Made by a program: the position numbers and the translations under genes | Assembly: GCF_000008665.1 (NCBI RefSeq) | Contig: NC_000917.1 | Coordinates: 1,680,001 to 1,712,000 of the forward strand | Direction of reading: 5' to 3' | Length of the DNA: 32,000 nucleotides | DNA from: Archaeoglobus fulgidus DSM 4304 | GTDB taxonomy: Archaea > Halobacteriota > Archaeoglobi > Archaeoglobales > Archaeoglobaceae | The notes under the pieces: generated by a model | Seen by the model: only the letters and a program-made list of their open reading frames with translations | Told to the model about the DNA's origin: nothing | Databases searched by the model: none | In this document: positions 1 through 9,751 of the stretch, piece by piece | Layout: the number at the start of each line of letters is the position of its first letter | How positions within the stretch are numbered: the stretch's first letter is position 1

Positions 1-1450
<1,450 letters not shown>

Positions 1451-1463
1451 TGGCTATCAAAGG

Positions 1464-1473
1464 AAAATATTAA
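1464..1473 (-). promoter_or_regulatory. Candidate TATA box of the cmr operon
   Basis: The minus strand reads TTAATATTTT, centred ~26 nt upstream of the ATG at 1444-1442. This implies a leaderless transcript. The 8-bp palindrome TTTCGAAA (1476-1483) lies just upstream. Confidence 0.35.
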
Positions 1474-1501
1474 GCTTTCGAAATGTGCTCATTTTACAGT
1501 G

Positions 1502-2143
1502 TTACGGTACAATCAACCCAGCGAGTTCGGTTGCACTCACAATCAGGGGCTTTCTCTTCTTCACCTCAATCAACCCCATCTTCTCAAGAGCTGCAAGATG
1601 CCTCCTTATGGTGCTCTCATCCTTGCCCAAGTGCTTGGATAAGCCTCTCACGTCTCTCAGCCCGTTCATAACGGCCTTAAGGACTTCAACTTTATCATCA
1701 CCAAGCGGTGACTTGACTATTTTCAGAACTCCAACGGGCAGCTCCACAATATCAGAGAAATCTTCTTTCTCAATCTCAACTTTCAGGTTTTCTGGCAGCC
1801 CCAACATGCATGCGAGAAGCACGATGACGACCAAAACTCTCATACCTCCGCTGATATTAACAACAACCAAATCATAGCCCTCAACCTCTTTGATTTTATC
1901 CGCAACCTCTCTGATTGCTTTTTCAACACTCTTCAGCTCAACCTGTAGAACTTCAACCTCCACCCTGTCTCCGTAGGAAGTTTCCAGAAGCTTTCGAATC
2001 CACTCGTAAGCCTTTGCCACTCTTTCAACCATCTGCGTCGTTATAAGGATTACTCTGTCCCCTTCTTTGATTCCGTGCCGGAGTATGGCTCTGTAACAGA
2101 ATTTTTCGTCAAAGCCGAGTGTGGCGATTAGTGCAGTTCTCAT
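1502..2143 (-). CDS. csa3: Csa3, CRISPR-associated CARF + winged-HTH transcriptional regulator
   Basis: 213 aa. The N-terminus is a Rossmann-like CARF start (MRTALIATLGFDEKF...). The C-terminal wHTH reads LSKHLGKDESTIRRHLAALEKMGLIEV. It is divergent from the I-A operon. Confidence 0.85.
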   Translation of the reverse strand: MRTALIATLGFDEKFCYRAILRHGIKEGDRVILITTQMVERVAKAYEWIRKLLETSYGDRVEVEVLQVELKSVEKAIREVADKIKEVEGYDLVVVNISGGMRVLVVIVLLACMLGLPENLKVEIEKEDFSDIVELPVGVLKIVKSPLGDDKVEVLKAVMNGLRDVRGLSKHLGKDESTIRRHLAALEKMGLIEVKKRKPLIVSATELAGLIVP

Positions 2144-2164
2144 ACACGTTGTTAATTTGAAAGC

Positions 2165-2172
2165 AATATTTA
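2165..2172 (-). promoter_or_regulatory. Candidate TATA box for csa3
   Basis: The minus strand reads TAAATATT, centred ~26 nt upstream of the csa3 ATG (2143). This is leaderless geometry. Confidence 0.4.
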
Positions 2173-2204
2173 GCCTTTTCCGATGTATATTGGTAGCAGA
2201 AAGA

Positions 2205-2212
2205 TTTATATT
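2205..2212 (+). promoter_or_regulatory. Candidate BRE/TATA for the type I-A interference operon
   Basis: AGAAAG followed by TTTATATT. The predicted TSS at ~2234 coincides with the second in-frame ATG of csa5. An alternative TATA (GTATATTG, ~2185-2192) would suit the ATG at 2222. Confidence 0.4.
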
Positions 2213-2221
2213 AAATGAAGT

Positions 2222-2572
2222 ATGAGTTCTACCATGAGTTTCGACAATTTAGCAAAGGTCCTTGCAGTTCTCGTCGCAGAGCAGGGAAGCTACACCTACG
2301 TTGACAAGCTCGGATACGTGCCCTCTAAGGATTTAGCAGTTTTTTACCTGAAGGAGGCCTTGAGAGACCTCCATTCCATCCAGCAGAAGGAAAAATTTGA
2401 AAATGAGAAGGCCAGAGAACTGGTTGGAAAGATTGACTACGAGAGGGTGGAGAAAGAGCTTGAAGATATAGCCAAAACTGACGAGAGGAAGGAGCTGAGA
2501 GAGAAGACCTCTCTCATCGCTGCTAAGGCTCTTGCCCTCTCAGCAAAATTGGGAGGTGGTAGTGGTGAGTGA
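2222..2572 (+). CDS. csa5: Csa5-like small subunit (Cas11-type) of type I-A Cascade
   Basis: 116-aa, helix-rich, charged protein placed directly upstream of and overlapping cas7, the position Csa5 occupies in I-A operons. The call rests mostly on position and size. The start may be the ATG at 2234. Confidence 0.6.
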   Translation: MSSTMSFDNLAKVLAVLVAEQGSYTYVDKLGYVPSKDLAVFYLKEALRDLHSIQQKEKFENEKARELVGKIDYERVEKELEDIAKTDERKELREKTSLIAAKALALSAKLGGGSGE

Positions 2573-3515
2573 CGTTTTCGTTTCGGTAAGAGGAAGAGTT
2601 ATGCTCAATGTGGAAGCAATGAACATGACTGAGAGCGTTGGAAATTACGTGAAGCACAGAAGAGTGCCCGTAGTTTTGCCTGACGCAAAATACACAACAT
2701 ACTTTGTTCCTGCAATCAGTGGTGAAAGCATTGCCCATGGCTTTCAGGAGGTTCTTGCAGAGGTTGGCAAAAAGAATGGGCTGAAGGTTTGCAAGCTATG
2801 TGAGAAGGGAATTTTCCTTAAGAGCACCAACGAGAACGTTTTCAAGGAGTCCTTCTCATCAGACCCGCCAAAGGACGATTTCGAGTTTGAAAAAACAGTA
2901 ATTGAAAATTGCATTGTTGAGGATGTTGGTGGATTCCTTTACGCTCCCAGAGCAGGTGGAAACGTAAAAAGAACGTCAAACTTCTACACCGGCTACATGA
3001 TTCCCGTAAGGGAGTCCATAGAGGGAGCAGTAATAGAGCCTCAGCTTCACTCAAGGTACGCCCTCGGCACTCCCTTCGTTGAGGGAGGGCAGGGACAGAT
3101 GATTTACTACGTGGAGCTTTCTTCAGCGGTTTACACTTTCAGCTTTGACCTTGATACGAGGTACATTGGAAGGACGACCTTCAGCTATGAAAAAGCTGGG
3201 ACAGAGGTGGGGAAGAGGAGTGAAAGAATTAACGCAGCTCTTGAAGCCCTAAAGAAGTTTCTCATCGAGTTCGCCTTTGGAGCAAAGAAAACGAGGTTTT
3301 TGCCAGTAATGGAATGGGATTCCTTAGTTGTGGCAGTTTCTGACGACGTGTGGACTGTCCCAAGCCCCTACACTGCAGGCTACATAGATAACGCAAGGAA
3401 GAAAAAGGAGAAGGTTAACTTCAACACGAAGCTCTTTGTTTACCCCGAAGGTGGAAGCTTTGAAGAGGTTGTGGTTGAGGCGATTGAGGAGGCGAAGGAG
3501 AGAGCGGGCAAATGA
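2532..3515 (+). CDS. cas7: Cas7 (Csa2), type I-A Cascade backbone RAMP
   Basis: The N-terminus VSVRGRVMLNVEAMNMTESVGNYVKHRRVP is the Csa2 family signature. The ORF-track start is a TTG. A GTG at 2562/2565 preceded by GGAGG (2551-2555) is the more likely start. Confidence 0.9.
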   Translation: MPSQQNWEVVVVSDVFVSVRGRVMLNVEAMNMTESVGNYVKHRRVPVVLPDAKYTTYFVPAISGESIAHGFQEVLAEVGKKNGLKVCKLCEKGIFLKSTNENVFKESFSSDPPKDDFEFEKTVIENCIVEDVGGFLYAPRAGGNVKRTSNFYTGYMIPVRESIEGAVIEPQLHSRYALGTPFVEGGQGQMIYYVELSSAVYTFSFDLDTRYIGRTTFSYEKAGTEVGKRSERINAALEALKKFLIEFAFGAKKTRFLPVMEWDSLVVAVSDDVWTVPSPYTAGYIDNARKKKEKVNFNTKLFVYPEGGSFEEVVVEAIEEAKERAGK

Positions 3516-4312
3516 TTGGCTATCTCGTTGATGTTGAATTCGTCTGGGGATTTCAGGCGAGGATTGCTGGGCTGTCAAAGACTTCCCCATCCTTTTACTA
3601 TCCCCCTCCAACAACCTTTCTCGGTGCAGTTGCAGAGGCTATTGCAAAGGATAAGGGCATTGGAGAGCAGAGGGGAAAGGAGATAATTTCGGAGCTCGGA
3701 GAGAATCTGCTTGCCATAGGCTGGAAGGCTTTAAACTGCACTCCCCTGAGGTATTCAGATATTAACAGGATTCTCGCTGTCAAAATCACTTCAGGTGTTC
3801 TTTACCCCAATCCCCAAGACCTTGCAAAGTCCTTCGACTCCCCCGCAAGAGGGAAAACCATCTTATCCTCGCTAAACGATGAGGCTCCAAAAATAAGATG
3901 GTTCCTCGTATTCAAAGAGGAAGCAGTAGAGGAGAAAATCCTGTGGAAAATACACAGAATCGGCTCGAAGGAGAGCAGAGTGGCGGTTGTGGACGTCAAA
4001 AAGGTGAAGGTCACGCAGAAGGATGGTCTTATTTCAACAGATTACAGCTTTCCCGCAGAGGACGGTGTGGAACTCAGGGGAATCCTGAGCCAGAGATGGG
4101 AGTTTGAGGTTTATCTGAATCCTTTTGAGGTGAAGTATTCAGAGAAGGAAAACCCCCTAATGAGCTACATCTCTGGGAAGAAGGCGGTGCTCTACAGAAT
4201 TCCCATTATGACCTCCATATTTTCAACGCCCGAATGTTTGGTAGAGGTGGGGGGCGACTTCAAAGCCTACGAGGCTGGCGGAGAGGTGGTGATTGGTAGA
4301 TGCTCAAAGTGA
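3512..4312 (+). CDS. cas5: Cas5a (type I-A Cas5 RAMP)
   Basis: 266 aa. Motif GLSKTSPSFYYPPPTTFLGAVAEAI is typical of Cas5a. It shares an ATGA overlap with cas7. Confidence 0.85.
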   Translation: MIGYLVDVEFVWGFQARIAGLSKTSPSFYYPPPTTFLGAVAEAIAKDKGIGEQRGKEIISELGENLLAIGWKALNCTPLRYSDINRILAVKITSGVLYPNPQDLAKSFDSPARGKTILSSLNDEAPKIRWFLVFKEEAVEEKILWKIHRIGSKESRVAVVDVKKVKVTQKDGLISTDYSFPAEDGVELRGILSQRWEFEVYLNPFEVKYSEKENPLMSYISGKKAVLYRIPIMTSIFSTPECLVEVGGDFKAYEAGGEVVIGRCSK

Positions 4313-5472
4313 AACTCTCGCTGCCTCCAGACTCGACCTTTTTAAGCCAACTGATTTACGAAAGCCTTCTTTACCTCTCTGGAAAAAAGCTTGCAAAGTT
4401 TGAAAACGGAGAGCTCTTGATTGAATCCATTTCAAAGGCTCTTGAAACTTTTGATGATGAAAGAGTGGGCGAAATTCGGATTGTAATGTCTGGAAATGAT
4501 AACATTAACGCCAAAATCTTCGAAACTTTTGGGATAGGTGGGGTAAAAAGCAGAAAAACCTACTACGACCTCATCGCTTTACTTAAGGAGCACAGGGATA
4601 AAATCTCCACCAAAGATGAGTCGGAAATCCATCTCAATATAAAGGGAAAAGACGTTTTCATGGATATAAACAGCAAATCCGACGGTATTGCGGCACCACA
4701 ACTCCTCAAAGTTGACAGATACACCGGCTTCTCCTCCCTCGACACCCCCTACACCTCTCAGCAGCTAACCTTTTACCTCTCAAAGGAGGTTGCTCTCCTC
4801 GCGCTGCTGGGAATCTACTCCTCTTTCGTGACCAACGTCAGGCAGCAACAGCAGAGCTACTACTACTTCCTTTTCTTCTCCCCGGAAGAGGTTGCAGGGC
4901 TGCTAAACAGTCCATCCTTAGCTGAGAAGTTTTTCTTGGTAAAAGAGAGCGTAAGGGAGAGCCTGCGAGAGCTTTTAAGGAGGACAACGTTTAACGAGCT
5001 TTTGCTGATTGAGACAACTCTAAACCTTGAGCTGCAGAGGCTCATGGAGACAGAAAATCTGGATAAGATCTCTTTGACACTTTTCAAGATTGCCCACGAA
5101 GGTCAAACTTACAAGATTTACGAGCAAATACCCATAACAGTTTACAGAAATCCAGCTTTTTACGAAACAGCCAAAAAGTACTTCAGAGACCCGTTAAAAT
5201 TCTCTGAGAAGTTGCGAAAAGCCATTACACAGGGAGTAATTCCCTCAGCCCTTGCAATTCTAAGCACCAAAAACAAGTACAGCGAGGCTGACAACATTCT
5301 AAAAGCAATCCAGATGCTCTACAGGTTCGTGGTTCTTGGCGACCTGCAGGGATGGTTTGGTTTTTTGAGGGAGCTCAACAATGCACACTCGAAGCTCAAG
5401 AACAGCAGTGACGGAAGGGAGAAGAAAAGGGCAGGTCAGTATCTCAACATTGTGAAAGAGGTAGCATGGTAA
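4300..5472 (+). CDS. cas8a: Cas8a-like large subunit of type I-A Cascade (assignment by position)
   Basis: 390-aa ORF, translationally coupled on both sides (13-nt overlap with cas5, 7-nt overlap with cas3'). I recognise no catalytic or metal-binding motifs, and cysteine appears to be absent. It occupies the large-subunit slot. Confidence 0.5.
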   Translation: MLKVKLSLPPDSTFLSQLIYESLLYLSGKKLAKFENGELLIESISKALETFDDERVGEIRIVMSGNDNINAKIFETFGIGGVKSRKTYYDLIALLKEHRDKISTKDESEIHLNIKGKDVFMDINSKSDGIAAPQLLKVDRYTGFSSLDTPYTSQQLTFYLSKEVALLALLGIYSSFVTNVRQQQQSYYYFLFFSPEEVAGLLNSPSLAEKFFLVKESVRESLRELLRRTTFNELLLIETTLNLELQRLMETENLDKISLTLFKIAHEGQTYKIYEQIPITVYRNPAFYETAKKYFRDPLKFSEKLRKAITQGVIPSALAILSTKNKYSEADNILKAIQMLYRFVVLGDLQGWFGFLRELNNAHSKLKNSSDGREKKRAGQYLNIVKEVAW

Positions 5473-7106
5473 CGCTATCCGAAATCTACGGGGAGATTGT
5501 GGAAAAATGGTTTGGAGGCAGAGACGAAAGACCCTTCATCGCCAACGCCATCAGAGAAATTGAAAAAAACTGGGACAGGAACATCTTCGTCATAGAAGCT
5601 CCAACAGGCTACGGAAAGTCCACGATTTCTGCCACTATTGCTGCATACTCTTTACAAGAGGAGCTTAAATCAATAATAGCTTTCCCGCTCAGAACGCTCC
5701 TTGAGGACCAGTATAACAAGTTTAAGGGCCTGTTTGGCAACAAATTAGGAAAGAGGTACATGCACAACCCCGACTCCCCTTACCTGATTAAGCCCGTCAC
5801 CCTAACAACCATCGACACCCTTGCCCTGACACTCTTCGGCATTCCTCCAGAAGACCTTGATAAGGCGGTAAAATACTGGGATGGCACATCTTCGGGCTCT
5901 CTCGGCCATTATCTTTTTTCTCAGGCCTCGGTGGCTTTATCCAACATCGTTCTTGATGAGGTGCATCTTCTCGCAGACTCAACCAAATCTCTCAATTTCC
6001 TCTTTGCCCTCATGCATGCTGCGATTGATAATGACCAGAAGCTCGTCCTGATGTCCGCAACAATACCCGAAGCGCTAAAGAAAAGAATAAAGGAGTTTAA
6101 TCCCGATGTGTGTATGGTAGAGTTTAATGAGTCGTTCGACAGAAAATTCGTTGAAGAAAGAAGAAAGAAAAAATACCGTATTAATTTGATTGCTCTGGCA
6201 TCGGTTGAGAAGTTTGGAAGTCTGGAGAGGATCCTGCTGGAAGGATCGAAGAAGTTCTCAAAAATCACAGTGGTTTTTAACACAATTGGCGATGCTGTTT
6301 ACTTTTACAACAATATAAAGGAAAAGATTCCCGAGTTTAAAAAGCTCCTCCTTCATTCAAGATTCAGCGAAATGGATAGGGAGAAAAAGGCTGAGCTGCT
6401 CGCAGAGATGAAAAAATCGGAAAAATTTGTAATCGTGACAACTCAGGTGATAGAGGCGGGAGTGGACATCTCATCCAACTTATTCATAACAGAAATTGCT
6501 CCTGCCAGCTCTTTAATCCAGCGCCTCGGAAGATTTCTGAGGTATGGGGAAAGGGAGGGGGAAGTTTACATCTGGTATGAGGTGGATGACAGAGGAGAGC
6601 TTGCTCGCTGGAAAGATGACAGGTACAAGGTTTACGACTACAGTCTTACCGCTCTAACGCTTGAAAAACTCGCAGAGATGAAAAACTTCAGCGTGCACGT
6701 TGATTACGACAGATTGCTTGACGTGTATGGGGAATTTGAGGTTGACGAAAGGGGCGTGAATGATTTGAGAAGGATACTGATGAACTTCGAAAACATCAAT
6801 TCAGCGGTTGAAAAATTCTTTGAGCTGGAAGGTAGCTTCGTCAGAGACTCGTTTATAATACCAGTAGTTCCTTACAGCGTTATTGAGGAAAAAAGAAGGT
6901 CCTCGAAGGTTCCAGTATCCTTTGAAACTTTCAAGAACTTCAAGGTTTATGGCTGCATAGTTTCAGATGAATTCGTTAGCGCTGAAAAGTTAAAATGCAA
7001 TCTCAGCTCCCCCAAAGCCCTTCTCAGAGACATGATTAGGAAGTCAATAGCCGCATTTGTTGTTGACGGAGATTATGACAGCGAGATGGGGCTGGTGAAA
7101 AGATGA
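5466..7106 (+). CDS. cas3: Cas3' (SF2 helicase part of split Cas3)
   Basis: Motif I EAPTGYGKST, motif II LDEVH, motif III MSAT, motif VI QRLGRFLR. Confidence 0.9.
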   Translation: MVTLSEIYGEIVEKWFGGRDERPFIANAIREIEKNWDRNIFVIEAPTGYGKSTISATIAAYSLQEELKSIIAFPLRTLLEDQYNKFKGLFGNKLGKRYMHNPDSPYLIKPVTLTTIDTLALTLFGIPPEDLDKAVKYWDGTSSGSLGHYLFSQASVALSNIVLDEVHLLADSTKSLNFLFALMHAAIDNDQKLVLMSATIPEALKKRIKEFNPDVCMVEFNESFDRKFVEERRKKKYRINLIALASVEKFGSLERILLEGSKKFSKITVVFNTIGDAVYFYNNIKEKIPEFKKLLLHSRFSEMDREKKAELLAEMKKSEKFVIVTTQVIEAGVDISSNLFITEIAPASSLIQRLGRFLRYGEREGEVYIWYEVDDRGELARWKDDRYKVYDYSLTALTLEKLAEMKNFSVHVDYDRLLDVYGEFEVDERGVNDLRRILMNFENINSAVEKFFELEGSFVRDSFIIPVVPYSVIEEKRRSSKVPVSFETFKNFKVYGCIVSDEFVSAEKLKCNLSSPKALLRDMIRKSIAAFVVDGDYDSEMGLVKR

Positions 7107-7828
7107 GGATATACAGCTTCTACAATGAGAATGCCAGAAGGGAGACGCTTGAGGAGCATGTAGCTACTGCCCTCAAACTGCTGGACTCGGCAGAGAACTC
7201 AAAGCTGGTAAAATACGGAAAAAAGCTAAGCCCCGAATTTGAGAGGGCGGTGAAGCTTGCCATTATTTTCCACGATACGGGGAAGGTTTTCTTTCAGATT
7301 AAAAAGGGATATGGATACATGAGCTTCAGAGGGCATGAGTATTTCTCCACCTACATTTTCGACGTTTTCGCCCGCAGATTAATCAAAAGCGAAATTGAGA
7401 ACTACGAAGCTCTTTCTGAACTCAGAAAAATCTGCAATTTTTCAATCTTCTTCCATCACCACGCTATGAACATTCGGATGAGGGAGCCAGAGGCAGGAAG
7501 TAACATAAAAGCAGGGTTAAAGCTTCTCGATGTTCTCTACAGCGAAGTTAAGCGTTTTCTGGAGGATAAAGAGAAGAAAGCTTTGAAGGCGGCTTTGGAG
7601 GAAGTAAAAGAAAAAGGAACCGCAAATTTAACAGGATACGTTAAAGGCGAAATAGTAAGAGAGGTGTGGAGAAATGCGATGGACAGCAGCAAATTGAAGA
7701 GGCTTTGCTACCTGAACCTTCTCGTTTTAATCGCCGCAGATTACAGCTCAGCAGCTTTGAACAGAGGAGGTAACAAAACACCCTTCGGAAGAGTGGTGGA
7801 GGAGTTCAGCGAGTTCTATTTAAAGTAG
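7103..7828 (+). CDS. cas3: Cas3'' (HD nuclease part of split Cas3)
   Basis: HD-domain motifs EEH, IIFHDTGK, RGHEY and FFHHHA. It shares an ATGA overlap with cas3'. Confidence 0.85.
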   Translation: MRIYSFYNENARRETLEEHVATALKLLDSAENSKLVKYGKKLSPEFERAVKLAIIFHDTGKVFFQIKKGYGYMSFRGHEYFSTYIFDVFARRLIKSEIENYEALSELRKICNFSIFFHHHAMNIRMREPEAGSNIKAGLKLLDVLYSEVKRFLEDKEKKALKAALEEVKEKGTANLTGYVKGEIVREVWRNAMDSSKLKRLCYLNLLVLIAADYSSAALNRGGNKTPFGRVVEEFSEFYLK

Positions 7829-7829
7829 G

Positions 7830-7835
7830 TTTTTT
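7830..7835 (+). terminator. Oligo-T tract between cas3'' and cas2 (possible archaeal terminator or attenuator)
   Basis: A T6 run starts 2 nt after the cas3'' TAG stop. This is the only non-overlapping junction in the csa5-to-cas2 gene string. Confidence 0.25.
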
Positions 7836-7857
7836 AACCTCTGCTTATAATTAAGCT

Positions 7858-8142
7858 ATGCTCCACCTCGTCGTTTACGACATAAGCGATGATGGCAGTA
7901 GGGCAAGGCTGGCAAAGCTCCTCGAAAAGTTTGGATTGCAGAGGGTGCAGTATTCAGCCTTCCGTGGAGAGCTGAATCCCAACGACAGAGAGGTTCTGGC
8001 GAGGCAGGTGGGAAAATTTGTGAGGGATGATAGGGACTGCATCTTCATCATCCCTCTCTGCCAGCGCTGCTCCTCCACCGCAATTGTAATCAGCAACACG
8101 GGAGTTGAGCTTGTAAAGGAGAAGGGAGTGGAGTTCGTTTAA
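7858..8142 (+). CDS. cas2: Cas2
   Basis: 94 aa. MLHLVVYDISDD... is the beta1 strand with the catalytic Asp. RVQYSAFRGEL is typical of the Cas2 ferredoxin fold. Confidence 0.9.
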   Translation: MLHLVVYDISDDGSRARLAKLLEKFGLQRVQYSAFRGELNPNDREVLARQVGKFVRDDRDCIFIIPLCQRCSSTAIVISNTGVELVKEKGVEFV

Positions 8143-8163
8143 TGGCTCACAACTCCCAAGCAG

Positions 8164-8733
8164 CTAAACGCAGAACTCCCTAACTTCGCAGTAACCGCAC
8201 TTTTTCGATTTGGACGTTCTGGGATACTTTTCTTCCTCAATCAGCCTCTCTATTTCCTTTATTATCCTTAAAAGTGCTTTCCTGTCATCAGGAGATATGC
8301 TGACCTCCACAAATTTTCCCTGATTGAGAAGAAAGAGATAACCCTTCCTCACCTCAACTGCGTAGTTCTCCTCAACAAGCAGGGCGTAGGCAGTTAGCTG
8401 CATCTTCCATGCGTAGGTGATGGACTGAAATCTCGTCAGCTTCACGTCAACGGGAAAGGCCCCTCCATCAACAATCACAAGAGCGTCGAGCACACCCTTC
8501 AGCCCATATCTTTTGCTCTCAAGATAAACCGACGTTAAAAGCTCTCCTTTCAACTTTCTGGCAAAGCTCCTCAGCTTTCCCCTCGCCTCTTCCTGCGCAG
8601 CCTTTCCCTCCTCCATTTTCGGCTTAGAAATCCTTATCCCTGCTATTTTTAAAAAATAAAGCTTCCTCGGGCAATAAAGATACTGAACTATGTCGCTAAC
8701 ATCCATTTTACCACTTCTGAACAAACCCCTCAT
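8164..8733 (-). CDS. cas4: Cas4 (RecB-like nuclease with Fe-S cysteines)
   Basis: N-terminal YCPRKLYF, DxK-type motif PVDVK, and C-terminal CGYCEVREFC. An alternative ATG at 8706 (MDVSDIV...) lies 1 nt after the cas1 stop. Confidence 0.9.
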   Translation of the reverse strand: MRGLFRSGKMDVSDIVQYLYCPRKLYFLKIAGIRISKPKMEEGKAAQEEARGKLRSFARKLKGELLTSVYLESKRYGLKGVLDALVIVDGGAFPVDVKLTRFQSITYAWKMQLTAYALLVEENYAVEVRKGYLFLLNQGKFVEVSISPDDRKALLRIIKEIERLIEEEKYPRTSKSKKCGYCEVREFCV

Positions 8734-9751
8734 ACCTCCTCTCTCCTCTTAGAAAAGCAACAACATCTCTGGCGTGCAGGAGGATAATGGAGGAGTATGC
8801 AAGGTTTCTACCCCTGTATTGCGTTTTTGAGTCCAATCTTTCAAGCAGACTTGCTAATAGAAGTCTCCTCGCATTATCGCTCAGCTGGCAGACCATATTT
8901 CTCTTCTCGCAGTCCTCGGGCTTAATCTGCCTGTAAGAAATGAGCCTCAGCACCACTCTGTCAACAACCTGCTGCCTGAAGTTCTCCATTAAGTCTATGG
9001 CGAGGGAGCTTCTTCCTGAGACGTCCACATGAAGAAAACCTGCATAAGGATCAAGACCCGCAAGCTCAACAGCCTTGACACATTCGGCAAGCAGTATAGA
9101 ATAGCCGTAGTTGAGCATAGCGTTCACAATATCCTTGGCATATCTCGGACTTCCGATTTCAATCCCTCTCCTTCCGTTAAACCGATACTCCTCCGGAATA
9201 ACGAGAGATATAGCATCCCAGTAATGTTTCGAAGCTTTACCCTCAATTCCGAGCAATCTTTCCCTCACTTTGTCGATCATCTCTGCCTCCACGCCATCCA
9301 GTTCGTTCAGACAAGCATCTATTTCCTTCTTAGCCTTCAGGAGCGATTCAGCTACTTCCGGATTCGAATCTTTCCTTGCCTTAGCAAGATTTGTAAGAAT
9401 GGCCATTTGGTTGGCCATCTTTGCTTTGATGAACTCCTTCGCCAGATGAACTCCTCTTTTATCGCCGTATGCAAGATACTGCTCTCTTCTCGTTTTTGCT
9501 GTGCCAATCAGAGGATGGCTCAGCCTTCCGAGAATTTCGCCATTGAAATCGAGAAAAACCACGTCCACTCGATTTTTGAGCAATAGCTTGATAGCATCGC
9601 TGCTTATTGCTGCTTTCCCGATAATCAGAACCTGCTTCAGGTCCTCAGGTCTGACTTTCCTCAATGCCTTGCCCTTCTCCTTAACGACAATCAGCCCGTT
9701 TTCAATTCCAAGATACTTTCCAAAGCCATCGACAACGAGCCTCATAGGCAA
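8708..9751 (-). CDS. cas1: Cas1 integrase
   Basis: 347 aa. Conserved blocks NAMLNYGYSIL, GFLH and AIDLMENFR. Confidence 0.95.
   Translation of the reverse strand: MPMRLVVDGFGKYLGIENGLIVVKEKGKALRKVRPEDLKQVLIIGKAAISSDAIKLLLKNRVDVVFLDFNGEILGRLSHPLIGTAKTRREQYLAYGDKRGVHLAKEFIKAKMANQMAILTNLAKARKDSNPEVAESLLKAKKEIDACLNELDGVEAEMIDKVRERLLGIEGKASKHYWDAISLVIPEEYRFNGRRGIEIGSPRYAKDIVNAMLNYGYSILLAECVKAVELAGLDPYAGFLHVDVSGRSSLAIDLMENFRQQVVDRVVLRLISYRQIKPEDCEKRNMVCQLSDNARRLLLASLLERLDSKTQYRGRNLAYSSIILLHARDVVAFLRGERRYEGFVQKW

Noticed and set aside
7843-7854. CTTATAATTAAG upstream of cas2 as an independent cas2 promoter.
   Set aside because: It ends only ~4 nt before the ATG. A TSS ~25 nt downstream would fall inside the essential N-terminal beta-strand of Cas2 (LVVYDISDD).
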